DNA from: an uncultured Alphaproteobacteria bacterium
GTDB lineage: Bacteria; Pseudomonadota; Alphaproteobacteria; HIMB59; GCA-002718135
Assembly: GCA_902553945.1 (NCBI GenBank)
Contig: CACDMT010000003.1
Location: 9,332 to 73,331, forward strand
Reading direction: 5' to 3'
DNA length: 64,000 nt
This document shows, one piece after another, positions 48,746 to 58,952 of the stretch (position 1 is the first letter of the stretch; every line of letters begins with the position of its first letter). The notes beneath the pieces were generated by a model that had not been told where the DNA came from, made no database searches, and worked only from the letters and a program-made list of their open reading frames with translations. The position numbers and the translations under genes are program-made.

Positions 48746-49768
48746 GTGTTACAAAAAAATTGGACTGAGCTAATTAAACCTAGCAAAATGGAAGTTAATG
48801 TCACTGAAAGTGACGGTAAAAAAGGTACTTTAATAGCAGAACCTTTAGAAAGAGGTTTTGGATTAACTTTAGGCAATGCAATAAGAAGAGTACTTTTATC
48901 TTCTCTTCAAGGAGCTGCAATTACATCTGTAAAATTAAAAGGTGTTGTTCACGAATTTTCTACAATTCCAGGAGTTAAGGAAGATTTAACAGATATTCTT
49001 TTAAATTTAAAAACTATTGCAGTTAAAGTACATTCACCCGGTTTGAAAAAAATGTACCTAAAATCAAATGGATCTGGTGAGCTTAGAGCAGGTAATTTTG
49101 AAACAGACTCGGAAACTGAAATCATGAATCCTGATCAACTTATTATGACATTAGATTCTAATGCAGATATTGAAATTGAAGCTAATGTTGAGACAGGAAA
49201 GGGTTATGTTTCTGCTGAAGTTGCTGAAGATGAAAATAAAATAATTGGTGAAATTAAACTAGATGCGATGTTCAGCCCTGTAATTAAGGCAACATACAAA
49301 ATTGAAAATAGTAGAGTTGGTCAAGTTACTGATTACGATAAATTAATTTTTGATGTTGAAACAAATGGAGTAATTTCTCCAGATGATGCTATTGCTCTTG
49401 CTTCAAGAATTTTACAAGATCAACTTCAACCTTTCATTAACTTTGATGAACCGGAAGTTGTGGCAGATCAATCACAGGTTGAGAAATTATCTTTTAATTC
49501 TAATTTATTAAAAAAAGTTGAAGAACTTGAGCTATCTGTAAGATCAGCAAACTGTCTAAAAAATGATAATATTATTTACATTGGTGATTTAGTTCAAAAA
49601 TCTGAGTCTGAAATGTTAAGAACGCCAAATTTTGGTAGAAAATCTTTGAATGAGATTAAAGAAGTGCTTACACAAATGGAGTTAAATTTAGGAATGTCGG
49701 TTCCTGACTGGCCTCCTGAAAATATTGATGATTTAGCAAAAAAATATGAGGATCCATTTAATAAATAA
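48746..49768 (+). CDS. rpoA: DNA-directed RNA polymerase subunit alpha
   Basis: GTG start preceded by [31 protein letters not shown]+RR.LLSSL.G and the C-terminal domain [19 protein letters not shown]...E.EML+.PNFG+KSL.EIKE.L. Confidence 0.98.
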   Translation: MLQKNWTELIKPSKMEVNVTESDGKKGTLIAEPLERGFGLTLGNAIRRVLLSSLQGAAITSVKLKGVVHEFSTIPGVKEDLTDILLNLKTIAVKVHSPGLKKMYLKSNGSGELRAGNFETDSETEIMNPDQLIMTLDSNADIEIEANVETGKGYVSAEVAEDENKIIGEIKLDAMFSPVIKATYKIENSRVGQVTDYDKLIFDVETNGVISPDDAIALASRILQDQLQPFINFDEPEVVADQSQVEKLSFNSNLLKKVEELELSVRSANCLKNDNIIYIGDLVQKSESEMLRTPNFGRKSLNEIKEVLTQMELNLGMSVPDWPPENIDDLAKKYEDPFNK

Positions 49769-49770
49769 AA

Positions 49771-50211
49771 ATGAAACATAATATTAAAAATAGAAAACTA
49801 AACCGAACTTCTTCACATAGAAAAGCTATGTTTATGAATTTATCTAATTCTTTGATTAAGCATGAACAGATTACTACTACTTTAATAAAGGCAAAAGAAT
49901 TGAGACCTTTTATTGAAAAAATTATAACTTTAGGAAAAAAAGGTGATTTAATGGCAAGAAGAAAGACTGTTTCTATTTTACAAGATCAAAAAATGACTAA
50001 AAAAATTTTTGATGTTATTGCCAAAAGATATTCTGAAAGAAATGGTGGATATACTCGAATTATTAAATTGGGCAATAGGTTTGGTGATAATTCGCCTATG
50101 GCGGTTATAGAATTAGTTGACAGAGATGAAGAAGCAAAAGGTAAAGATAGTGGTCCTGTTATTGAGAAAAAGACTAATGACGACTTGGAAGATCAACAAC
50201 CACAAGTTTAA
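49771..50211 (+). CDS. rplQ: 50S ribosomal protein L17
   Basis: 146 aa. +H....RKL.R.SSHR.AM..N+...LI.HE.I.TT..+AKELR...EK+ITL.K and GGYTRI.K.G.R.GD..PMA.IELV motifs. Confidence 0.97.
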   Translation: MKHNIKNRKLNRTSSHRKAMFMNLSNSLIKHEQITTTLIKAKELRPFIEKIITLGKKGDLMARRKTVSILQDQKMTKKIFDVIAKRYSERNGGYTRIIKLGNRFGDNSPMAVIELVDRDEEAKGKDSGPVIEKKTNDDLEDQQPQV

Positions 50212-50217
50212 TCTAGA

Positions 50218-50586
50218 TTGTTTAATTTAATCTTACTGGCTTCTGGAGGAGCTATTGGGGCCTCATCTCGGTATTTAATTTCTAACATTATTAAACATTA
50301 TACTAATTTTGGTTTTTTAAGTACTCTCTGTGTAAATATCATTGGTTCATTTTTAATTGGATATCTTATTTCCATTGGTGTTAATAAAAATTTATCAAAT
50401 GAATTTATAAAGTATTTTTTAATAATTGGTTTACTTGGCTCTTTTACTACTTTTTCTACTTTCTCATACGAAGTTGTAGAATTACTTTTGTCAAAAAAAA
50501 TATTTCTCTCAATAATATATATATTTCTTTCAGTCGTAATTTGTATATTATCAACTTACTTAGGAATGCAAATAAATAAAATATAA
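50218..50586 (+). CDS. crcB: fluoride ion channel CrcB/FluC
   Basis: TTG start, 122 aa, four TM helices. GGAIGA..RY N-terminus and GLLGSFTTFSTFS motif. Confidence 0.9.
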   Translation: MFNLILLASGGAIGASSRYLISNIIKHYTNFGFLSTLCVNIIGSFLIGYLISIGVNKNLSNEFIKYFLIIGLLGSFTTFSTFSYEVVELLLSKKIFLSIIYIFLSVVICILSTYLGMQINKI

Positions 50587-50587
50587 T

Positions 50588-51508
50588 TTGATTAAAATTT
50601 TAGACATTAAAAAAGATCTACAAATAAGATTAGATAAATATTTAAAAGATGTTTACACTTCATTAAATCAAAGTTTTATTGAAAAAAATATTAGAAAAAA
50701 AAATATTCTTGTAAATAATTTTAAAACCCAGGCAAAATATATTTTAAAAAAAAATGATTATATAAAAATACTTAATTATCATCCAGAAAAATACAAAAAC
50801 AAGATAGTTTATAGAAAAAAAGAAAAAACTATTCCAAATAAATTATTAAATAATTTTTTAGAATCTATTGTTTATAAAAATAATAATTTTATTATTTTAA
50901 ATAAATGGTCAGGAATAACTACTCAAGGTGGTAGTAATATAAATCTCTCAATAGATGATATAATAAAGAGTATTTCAAGTGAATATAAATTAGTTCATAG
51001 ACTAGATAAGGAAACTTCAGGATTATTAATTATTTCTAAAAACTTAGAATATGCAAAAATTTTTGGAAATTTATTTAAGTCTAAATCAATTGAAAAAATT
51101 TATATAGCAATTTGCGAAGGTAAACCAAAAAATAATGAGTCATATATTGATCTTAATATAAAAGATAATAAATCAAATAAGATTCTAAAAACCCAGACTT
51201 ATTTTAAGCTTTTAAATTATAAAAATGGTTTATCACAAATAATGTTTAAACCAGAGACAGGCAAAAAACATCAAATTAGAATTGTAAGTAAAAATCTTGG
51301 ATGCCCAATTATAGGAGATAATAAATATAATTTTCAATCAAAATATAAGAATAATATTTTAAAACTTAATGCTTATGGATTAAAATTTGAATATAAAGAA
51401 ACAAATTATGTCTTTTACGCAGATATACCAAAAGATTTTAATGAATTTTCAAATAAGTTAAAATTAAAAAATTTTATAAGTTTTAAAAAAAATTTACAAT
51501 TTACTTAA
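50588..51508 (+). CDS. RluA-family 23S rRNA pseudouridine synthase (RluC/RluD-like)
   Basis: TTG start, 306 aa. S4-like N-terminus (RLDKYLK......S...I.K.IRKKNILVN), catalytic HRLDKETSGLLII and a later GKKHQIR motif. Confidence 0.85.
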   Translation: MIKILDIKKDLQIRLDKYLKDVYTSLNQSFIEKNIRKKNILVNNFKTQAKYILKKNDYIKILNYHPEKYKNKIVYRKKEKTIPNKLLNNFLESIVYKNNNFIILNKWSGITTQGGSNINLSIDDIIKSISSEYKLVHRLDKETSGLLIISKNLEYAKIFGNLFKSKSIEKIYIAICEGKPKNNESYIDLNIKDNKSNKILKTQTYFKLLNYKNGLSQIMFKPETGKKHQIRIVSKNLGCPIIGDNKYNFQSKYKNNILKLNAYGLKFEYKETNYVFYADIPKDFNEFSNKLKLKNFISFKKNLQFT

Positions 51509-52141
51509 ATTATCAATAAAAATTTTTGTAAAGTTTTCATCAAATTCTCTCTCATGAATTTCTAAACCAATTTCATTCAATGATGTATTTTCATAATTCT
51601 CAAGTCCGCAGGAGTTTATAAAATTGTAATAATCTAATTCTGGATTAATATTAAAGCTTAAACCATGATAAGTGACCCACTTTTTAACTCGTAAACCTAT
51701 AGCACCAATTTTTTTTTCTTTATTAAATTTCTTATTATTTGATTTTGTCACCCATATACCAACTCTATTTTTATATGAAGTTGCTTCAATATTATAAATT
51801 TTTAAAAAATCTATTAAAGAATTTTCAATAGTGCTAATAAACTTACGTATATCCTTTTTTCTTTTATTTAAATTAATCATAAAATAAATAATTCTTTGTC
51901 CAGGTCCATGATATGTGATTTTACCACCTCTATTTGTTTTAATTATTTGTAAATTATTTTTTTTTATTATTTCATTATTATTAGAACTAGTTCCTTGTGT
52001 ATAAATGTGATCATGCTTTAAAAACCAAATTAATTCGTTTGATTTATTATTAATTATTTCAATTACTCTATTTTCCATGAACTTTATTGCTGATTTATAA
52101 TCAATAAGTTCGCTGTTATTTTTTATTTCAATTTCACTCAT
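51494..52141 (-). CDS. lipB: lipoyl(octanoyl) transferase LipB
   Basis: Start taken at ATG 52141 (the ORF track starts at TTG 52150). ++.H...YT.G, RGG..TYHGPGQ.+.Y and K+.AIG+R+....T.HG.+.N+ motifs. Confidence 0.9.
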   Translation of the reverse strand: MSEIEIKNNSELIDYKSAIKFMENRVIEIINNKSNELIWFLKHDHIYTQGTSSNNNEIIKKNNLQIIKTNRGGKITYHGPGQRIIYFMINLNKRKKDIRKFISTIENSLIDFLKIYNIEATSYKNRVGIWVTKSNNKKFNKEKKIGAIGLRVKKWVTYHGLSFNINPELDYYNFINSCGLENYENTSLNEIGLEIHEREFDENFTKIFIDNLSKL

Positions 52142-52205
52142 TTTTCTCAAATGTTATCATTGTTGATACTTATTATCCTATCTGATATTTAATTCTAGTA
52201 TATAA

Positions 52206-52292
52206 GCGGCTGTGGCGGAATTGGTATACGCGCAGCGTTGAGGTCGCTGTGGGATTTATCCTGTGGAAGTTCAAGTCTTCTCAGCCGCACCA
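52206..52292 (+). tRNA. tRNA-Leu (anticodon GAG)
   Basis: 87 nt with CCA. Acceptor GCGGCTG/CAGCCGC, anticodon arm CAGCG-TTGAGGT-CGCTG, long variable arm and T loop TTCAAGT. Confidence 0.93.
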
Positions 52293-52301
52293 ACAATAAA
52301 T

Positions 52302-53672
52302 ATGGAAAAAGATAATAATTATAATAAAGAAAATTTTTCACCTGAGCAGTCAGTTGAATTAATCAGTACTTATTTAGAGAATTATCAAAATAGTAAAATT
52401 TTTGCTTATCTTAAAGAAATGCACAATGCTGATATTGCTGAATTAATTCAAAATTTAGACCCAGTTTTAAGACTGAGTTTAATAAATATTATTAGTAATA
52501 AATTTGATCCAGAAATATTAACATATTTAAATGATAGTTTAAGAGATGAAATAGTAGAAACTCTTGATATCAAACAATTAGCTAATAATGCAAAAAAATT
52601 AGATATTGATGACGCTGTTGACCTTGTTGAAGATTTAGAAAAAGAAGACCAAAATACATTTCTAGAAAATTTAGAAAAAGAAGAAAGAACTTTAATTGAG
52701 GAGGGTTTAAATTACCCAGAAGACTCAGCTGGTCGACTAATGCAAAGGCAATTTGTTGCTTTAGATCTTCATTGGAATGTTGGTCAAGCTATCGATTATT
52801 TAAGAAGTAATAAAAAAGAACTTCCAGATGATTTTTATGATATATTTTTAATTAACAGTAATAAAAAAGTAATAGGAGTTGTTCCGCTTGGTAGATTAAT
52901 GGGATCAAAAAGAGATATAGACTTACAAAAAATAAAAAATAAGGAAACTAGATTAATAGATGTAAATACAGATCAAGAAGAAGTAGCGTATCTATTTAGT
53001 AAATATGGATTAGTTAGCGCAGCTGTAATTGATGAAAATGAAAAAATAATTGGCTCTATTACAGTTGATGATGTTGTTGAAGTAATAGAGGAAGAAAGGG
53101 AAGAGGATATATTAAAATTAGGAGGAGTAGGTCATACTGATATTTATAATGCAGTTATTGATACAACTAAATCTCGATTTTCATGGTTACTTGTAAATTT
53201 ATTGACAGCTGTGGTTGCTTCAATAGTTATTGGATTTTTTGAAGCATCAATTGAAAAAGTTGTAGCTCTTGCAATATTAATGCCCATTGTAGCATCAATG
53301 GGTGGTAATGCAGGAACTCAAACATTAACAGTAGCTGTTAGAGCGCTTGCAGTGAAAGAACTAACTACTTCTAACGCTTTAAAAATAATTATAAAGGAAA
53401 CTTTTATCGGAGGAATAAATGGTATTATATTTGCAATAATAATTTCTTTGGTTTCAATGTATTGGTTTCAAGATTTGATGTTAGGAGTTATTATTGGTTT
53501 AGCTATGGTTTTAAATTTAATTGTAGCTGGTTTTGCAGGTACTATTATACCATTAACTTTGGATAGATTAAAAATTGATCCAGCTCTTGCCTCTGGTGTG
53601 ATTTTAACAACAATCACAGATGTATTTGGTTTTTTATCTTTCTTAGGATTGGCAACCTTATTTTTAATTTAA
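52302..53672 (+). CDS. mgtE: magnesium transporter MgtE
   Basis: Start moved to ATG 52302 because the ORF-track start (52263) lies inside tRNA-Leu. N-domain, tandem CBS region (AGRLM...F.....+..V..A+..+R) and C-terminal TM domain (P+.AS.GGNAG.Q, +DPA.ASG...TT..D). Confidence 0.93.
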   Translation: MEKDNNYNKENFSPEQSVELISTYLENYQNSKIFAYLKEMHNADIAELIQNLDPVLRLSLINIISNKFDPEILTYLNDSLRDEIVETLDIKQLANNAKKLDIDDAVDLVEDLEKEDQNTFLENLEKEERTLIEEGLNYPEDSAGRLMQRQFVALDLHWNVGQAIDYLRSNKKELPDDFYDIFLINSNKKVIGVVPLGRLMGSKRDIDLQKIKNKETRLIDVNTDQEEVAYLFSKYGLVSAAVIDENEKIIGSITVDDVVEVIEEEREEDILKLGGVGHTDIYNAVIDTTKSRFSWLLVNLLTAVVASIVIGFFEASIEKVVALAILMPIVASMGGNAGTQTLTVAVRALAVKELTTSNALKIIIKETFIGGINGIIFAIIISLVSMYWFQDLMLGVIIGLAMVLNLIVAGFAGTIIPLTLDRLKIDPALASGVILTTITDVFGFLSFLGLATLFLI

Positions 53673-53695
53673 TTCGAACTATATAAAATTATTAA

Positions 53696-55036
53696 ATGTT
53701 AAAAAAGAATGATTTAATAGAATACTTTTATAAAGGTATTAAAGATAAGAATAATTTAAAGATTGGCGTTGAACATGAAAAGTTTGTTCTTAACAAAAAT
53801 GATTATCAGCAAGTTTCTTATGAAATGAAAAATGGCATTAAAGACATTTTACTTAGATTTTTAAATAATGGATGGAAACCAAAATATGATGATGAAGGGG
53901 TAACAATAATCGCTTTAGAAAGATTTGGAGAAAATATAACCTTAGAGCCTGGTGGTCAGATAGAGTTATCAGGAGCACAATTAAATAATATTCATCAAAC
54001 ATGCACTGAAACAACAAGACACCTAAAAGAATTAAAAGAAATAGGTGAAGAATTTGATTTTATTTTACTTGGATTAGGTGTTGAACCAAGTCTAAAACTT
54101 GAAGAGCTTCCTTGGATGCCTAAACAGAGATATAGTATAATGAAAAATTACATGCCAACTGTTGGAACTTTAGGACATCATATGATGAAGAGAACATGTA
54201 CTAATCAAGTTAATTTAGATTTTTTTTCTGAAGATGATATGAAAAATAAATTTCGTTTAATGTTAAATCTTGAGGGAATAGTAACGGCGATTTTTGCTAA
54301 TTCACCATTTGATAATAAAAAAATATCAGAATATAAAAGTTTAAGAGCTCATTTTTGGCATCATACTGACAATAATAGGACAGGTTTATTACCATTTGTG
54401 TATGATAAAAGTTTCAATTTTGAAATGTATGTTGAATATGCACTAAATATTCCAATGTATTTCATTATCAGAGATCATAAATACATAGATATGACAAAGT
54501 ATACTTTTAAAGAATTTTATGAAGAAAAACCGTTAAGTAAAAACAATATTCAGCCAAATATTGAAGACTGGATCAATCATTTGTCAACATTATTTCCACA
54601 AGTTCGATTAAAACAATTTTTAGAAATTAGATCAATGGATGCTTGTTCTTGGGATTTGATTTGCTCTCAACCTGCGTTTTGGATAGGATTACTTTATAGC
54701 GAAAATTCTTTTAATAAGGCTCAAGAAATTGTTGAGAGTTGGACACAGGATGACAGAGATTATATTAACAAAATTGTTCCAAAAGAAGGCCTGCAAGCAA
54801 AATTTAAAGATGGAACTATTCTTGATATAGCTCAAAATCTCTTTGAAATATCTAAACAAGGTTTAGATGAACGTAATATTTTAGCTAAAAATAAACTTTA
54901 TAATGAAACATACTATTTAAATGATCTTGAAAAAAATTTAGAAAGAGGACAATCACCTGCTGATGTATTAATTGATAAATTTAATAAACAATGGAATCAA
55001 AATATATATAATATTTATTCTGAAAATATATTTTAA
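53696..55036 (+). CDS. gshA: glutamate--cysteine ligase (plant/alphaproteobacterial GCS2 type)
   Basis: 446 aa. IG.EHEKF, ++LEPGGQ.ELSGA, PK.RY..M..YMP..G..G..MM.RTC..QVNLDF and FP.VRLK.+LE.R..D motifs. It immediately precedes gshB. Confidence 0.85.
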   Translation: MLKKNDLIEYFYKGIKDKNNLKIGVEHEKFVLNKNDYQQVSYEMKNGIKDILLRFLNNGWKPKYDDEGVTIIALERFGENITLEPGGQIELSGAQLNNIHQTCTETTRHLKELKEIGEEFDFILLGLGVEPSLKLEELPWMPKQRYSIMKNYMPTVGTLGHHMMKRTCTNQVNLDFFSEDDMKNKFRLMLNLEGIVTAIFANSPFDNKKISEYKSLRAHFWHHTDNNRTGLLPFVYDKSFNFEMYVEYALNIPMYFIIRDHKYIDMTKYTFKEFYEEKPLSKNNIQPNIEDWINHLSTLFPQVRLKQFLEIRSMDACSWDLICSQPAFWIGLLYSENSFNKAQEIVESWTQDDRDYINKIVPKEGLQAKFKDGTILDIAQNLFEISKQGLDERNILAKNKLYNETYYLNDLEKNLERGQSPADVLIDKFNKQWNQNIYNIYSENIF

Positions 55037-55974
55037 TGAAAAAAAAAATTGCAATTCAAATGGACAAAATTGAGAGTATTGATTACAAATTTGATACTTC
55101 TTTTTTAATAGGATACGAGGCACAGCAAAGAAACTACGATATATTTTATTATAACCCTAATGACTTAATTATTAAAAATAACAACGTACAAGCAACAGGC
55201 TTTTATGTGAAATTGAATCTAGATGAAAATGATTATTTCAAGTATGATTCGGAAAAAATTAAAGTAGATTTAAAAAATTATAATTTTATTTTTTTACGTC
55301 AAGACCCACCTTTTGATATGAATTATATTACTTCTACGTATATTTTAGATCTCTTACCAAAGACAACTAAAGTAATTAATAATCCAACAGCAGTAAGAAA
55401 TGCCACTGAAAAATTATTTACATTTAACTTTAAAGAATTTATGCCACCTACAATTGTAACAAGAAATATTAATGATATTAGTAAATTTTTAAATAATGTT
55501 GAAGAAATTATAACTAAACCACTTTATGGAAATGGTGGCGTAGGTATTCATCGATTTAATAAACGAAATTTCAATCCAGATATTTTAAAAAAATATCTAG
55601 ATTTGCCTATAATGATACAAAAATACATTAAAGAAATTGATCAAGGTGATAGAAGAATAATTCTTATTGATGGAGAATATTGTGGATCAGTTTCTCGGAT
55701 TCCAAAAGATGGGGATATAAAGGCTAATTTTCATGCTGGAGGCATACCCTATAAGACAGATTTAGTTTTTCGAGATAAGGAAATTATTGATATACTTGGA
55801 CCAAAATTAAGAAAATTTGATCTATTTTTTGTAGGAATTGATGTTATTGGCAACTACTTGACAGAAATTAATGTTACTTCTCCCACAGGAATTAAGCAAA
55901 TCAACACATTAAATAATGTAAGTCTAGAGAAAGTTTTTTGGGATAAGCTTGAAGCCAAATATAAATTAGTTTAA
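55036..55974 (+). CDS. gshB: glutathione synthetase (ATP-grasp)
   Basis: 312 aa, collinear with E. coli GshB: D.SF....EAQ.R, +R.DPPFD..YI.+TYIL, NEKLF, KPL.G.GG..I.R, GD.R+.+.DGE, R.N..AGG and +VG+D+IG..LTEINVTSPT. Confidence 0.93.
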   Translation: MKKKIAIQMDKIESIDYKFDTSFLIGYEAQQRNYDIFYYNPNDLIIKNNNVQATGFYVKLNLDENDYFKYDSEKIKVDLKNYNFIFLRQDPPFDMNYITSTYILDLLPKTTKVINNPTAVRNATEKLFTFNFKEFMPPTIVTRNINDISKFLNNVEEIITKPLYGNGGVGIHRFNKRNFNPDILKKYLDLPIMIQKYIKEIDQGDRRIILIDGEYCGSVSRIPKDGDIKANFHAGGIPYKTDLVFRDKEIIDILGPKLRKFDLFFVGIDVIGNYLTEINVTSPTGIKQINTLNNVSLEKVFWDKLEAKYKLV

Positions 55975-55999
55975 TTACAAAATATCAAAGGACACAGTT

Positions 56000-56566
56000 A
56001 TGAATAATGAAAGAATTTTAATAAATAAGTTGAAAAGTTTTGAAAATATAAATTCAAATCTTCTAAATATTGTATTAGCTCTTTTTGGCACCCTATTATT
56101 AGCTATATCCTCTAAAATTCAAGTTCCTTTTTGGCCTGTTCCTATGACAATGCAAACTTTTGTGATTTTTTTAATAGGAATGACATATGGTATTCGTTTG
56201 TCCTTTGCTACAGTTGCATTGTATCTTTTTGAAGGTGCAGCAGGTTTACCAGTCTTTGCATCTGGTGGAGGGATTGCTTATTTAACTGGTCCTACAGCAG
56301 GATACCTTTACGGCATGTTATTTGCTTCAATAGTAATTAGTTACTTCGCAAATTTAGGATTCAGTAAAACCTATTTCAAGGCAACTATTTCACTGCTTAT
56401 TGGATCTATAATAATTTTTTCAATTGGAATAATTTATCTAGGCTCAATTATTGGTTATCAAAAAGCAATAGCAGTTGGGTTACTCCCATTTATTCCTAGT
56501 GAATTATTTAAAATTGCACTAGCAGTTAGCTTAATCCCAACAATTCAAAAAATTATTAAAAAATAA
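56000..56566 (+). CDS. bioY: biotin transporter BioY
   Basis: 188 aa, about 6 TM helices. PVPMT.QTF...L.G, G.P.F+.G.GG....GPT.GYL.G and LP.F+P....K motifs. Confidence 0.88.
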   Translation: MNNERILINKLKSFENINSNLLNIVLALFGTLLLAISSKIQVPFWPVPMTMQTFVIFLIGMTYGIRLSFATVALYLFEGAAGLPVFASGGGIAYLTGPTAGYLYGMLFASIVISYFANLGFSKTYFKATISLLIGSIIIFSIGIIYLGSIIGYQKAIAVGLLPFIPSELFKIALAVSLIPTIQKIIKK

Positions 56567-56571
56567 TTTTA

Positions 56572-57462
56572 ATGAAAATTGGTATTGATTTGGGTGGCAC
56601 CAAAACTGAAGGGATTCTTATTGACTCCAATGGTAAAGAATTAAAGCGTGAAAGAATTAAAACTGAAAAAAACTATGATGGCACTATTAATGGAATATTA
56701 TCAATAGTAAAAAATTTTGAAAGTTCTTTTGGTAATGTTAATTCTATTGGCATAGGTATGCCTGGGGCAATTTCTGCTGACTCCGCATTAATAAAAAATG
56801 CAAACTCGATATGGCTAAATGGTAAACCACTTAAAAAAGATTTAGAAAAAATTTTAAATAGAAAAATCAATTTAGAAAATGATGCAAATTGTTTTGCATT
56901 GTCTGAAGCTGTAGATGGTGGCGGTAAAGGTTATAAAGTTGTTTTTGGTGTAATTATTGGAACAGGTGTAGGAGGCGGTATTGTGATAGATCACAAAGTT
57001 CTCCAAGGTAGAAATAACATAGCCGGTGAGTGGGGACATGTTACTCTTCCAAATAGGTCTGACGATGAAAAGAAATTTGTTAAAGATTGTTACTGTGGAA
57101 AAAATGGTTGTATGGAGACATATATTTCAGGACCTGGTTTTGCTTCAACCTTTAATTTACGTTTTAATAAAAATTATGATTCCCATCAAATACTAGAAGG
57201 TTTTAAAAATGAAAATTCAGACTGTAATTTTGCCCTTAAACAATACACAGATCATTTAGCAAGAGGCTTATCTTTAGTATGCAATATTCTTGATCCAGAT
57301 GTTATCGTGCTAGGAGGAGGAATGTCAAATATTGATTTTATTTATGAAAATATTGATGTAGCCTTAAAAAAATATGTTTTTACAGATACACTTCACACAA
57401 AAGTTGTAAAAAATATTCATGGTGATTCTAGTGGAGTTAGAGGAGCAGCTTGGCTTTCCTAA
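56572..57462 (+). CDS. ROK-family sugar kinase (NagK/Mak-like)
   Basis: 296 aa, collinear with E. coli NagK: G.D+GGTK, GIG.PG, L.NDANCFALSEA, G.I.GTGVGGG, GE.GH and the Zn motif C.CG..GC.E.Y+SG.G. Confidence 0.8.
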   Translation: MKIGIDLGGTKTEGILIDSNGKELKRERIKTEKNYDGTINGILSIVKNFESSFGNVNSIGIGMPGAISADSALIKNANSIWLNGKPLKKDLEKILNRKINLENDANCFALSEAVDGGGKGYKVVFGVIIGTGVGGGIVIDHKVLQGRNNIAGEWGHVTLPNRSDDEKKFVKDCYCGKNGCMETYISGPGFASTFNLRFNKNYDSHQILEGFKNENSDCNFALKQYTDHLARGLSLVCNILDPDVIVLGGGMSNIDFIYENIDVALKKYVFTDTLHTKVVKNIHGDSSGVRGAAWLS

Positions 57463-58910
57463 ATTCCACCCATTGATATATATTTTATAATTAAATAATC
57501 ATCTAAGCCATATCTTGATCCTTCTCTACCCATTCCTGACTCTTTTACTCCACCAAAAGGAACTTCAGGAATAGTTGGTAAACCATTGTTGATAGATACG
57601 ATACCGTATTCCAAAGCTTCTGCTACCCTCCAAACTCGACCAATGTCACGTGAATAGAAATAAGAGGCAAGTCCATACGGGGTGTTATTAGCCATTTTAA
57701 TTACTTCATCATCATTGGAAAATTTATAAACTGGTGCAACGGGACCAAACGTTTCTTCAAATGTTATTTTTGCTTTAGTTGATACATTAGAAAGAACTGT
57801 TGGTTGATAAAAATTTCCTCCAAGAGAATGAACAGCACCTCCGACTGCAATTTTAGCACCTATATTTACAGCATCTTGAACATGATCAATAACCTTTTCT
57901 AAAGATGATTTATCAATAAGTGGACCAGAAACTATACCTTTATCCAAACCATTTCCAACCTTAATATTTTTTACATCATTTGTAAATTTTTCTAAAAAGA
58001 TATCATATACACTTTCATGAACAAAAAGTCTGTTTGTGCAAATACATGTTTGACCACTATTCCTAAATTTACTTTGTAATGCACCAGAAACTGCTTCATC
58101 AATATCTGCATCTTCAAAAACAATAAATGGAGCATGCCCTCCTAATTCCATTGAAATTTTTTTAACTGTTGAAGCACTTTGTTCCATTAATATCTTTCCT
58201 ACTTCTGTTGATCCGGTAAAGGAAATTTTTTTAACATTTGGATTTTTTGTTAATTCCATTCCTATTTCTTTTGCTGAACCAGTAATGATATTAAATACTC
58301 CTTTTGGAAACCCAGCTTTTTTTGCAAGTTCAGCTACTGCTAAAGCTGAGAAAGGTGTTTGACTTGCAGGTTTAACTACAGTTGTACAGCCAACAGCTAG
58401 AGCAGCAGCACATTTTCGAGTTATCATTGAATTTGGAAAATTCCATGGTGTTATAGCTCCAACTACTCCTATCGGTTGCTTAATTATCACAATTCTTTTA
58501 CCTGGCCTAGGATCTGGAATAATATCGCCATAAACTCTTTTGGCCTCTTCGGCATAAAATTCAATATAAGAGGCACCCATTAATATTTCGCCTTTTGCTT
58601 CGGCAAGAGGTTTACCTTGTTCAATCGTCATTATTTTTGCAAGGTCATCAACATTTTCAATAATAAGATCACTCCATTTTTTTAAAATAATCGATCTTTC
58701 TTTTGCAGTTGTATTTTTCCAACTTTGGAAAGCATTATTAGCATGATCTATTACAGATTTTGTTTCCTCAGCTGAAAAGTTTGGAACTTTTCCTATAATT
58801 TCCAAAGTTGCGGGATTATTAACTTCAATGGTTTTACCATTTTGACTATCTGACCATTGGCCATTTACAAAACATTTTTCATTAAAAAGCGATTTATTGT
58901 TTAATTCCAT
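57459..58910 (-). CDS. gabD: NAD(P)+-dependent succinate-semialdehyde dehydrogenase (GabD/Ssd type)
   Basis: 483 aa, near-collinear with E. coli GabD: INGQW, EQGKPLAEAKGEI, ITPWNFP..MITRK, KPASQTPFSALA+AELA, ELGG.APFIVF+DAD+D, catalytic GQTC+C.NR and EETFGP.AP motifs. Confidence 0.9.
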   Translation of the reverse strand: MELNNKSLFNEKCFVNGQWSDSQNGKTIEVNNPATLEIIGKVPNFSAEETKSVIDHANNAFQSWKNTTAKERSIILKKWSDLIIENVDDLAKIMTIEQGKPLAEAKGEILMGASYIEFYAEEAKRVYGDIIPDPRPGKRIVIIKQPIGVVGAITPWNFPNSMITRKCAAALAVGCTTVVKPASQTPFSALAVAELAKKAGFPKGVFNIITGSAKEIGMELTKNPNVKKISFTGSTEVGKILMEQSASTVKKISMELGGHAPFIVFEDADIDEAVSGALQSKFRNSGQTCICTNRLFVHESVYDIFLEKFTNDVKNIKVGNGLDKGIVSGPLIDKSSLEKVIDHVQDAVNIGAKIAVGGAVHSLGGNFYQPTVLSNVSTKAKITFEETFGPVAPVYKFSNDDEVIKMANNTPYGLASYFYSRDIGRVWRVAEALEYGIVSINNGLPTIPEVPFGGVKESGMGREGSRYGLDDYLIIKYISMGGI

Positions 58911-58952
58911 AAGCGTTAATTATAAGAGGTAATCTAAATTAAGGAAATTGTA

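Noticed and set aside
50212-50217. Fluoride riboswitch upstream of crcB, and Mg riboswitch upstream of mgtE (52293-52301).
   Set aside because: Only 6 nt and 9 nt of spacer exist, which is far too short for either RNA.
52263-52301. ORF-track start of mgtE inside tRNA-Leu (MEVQVFSAAPTIN).
   Set aside because: These codons are the 3' half of a well-folded tRNA-Leu. An ATG at 52302 gives a normal MgtE N-terminus.
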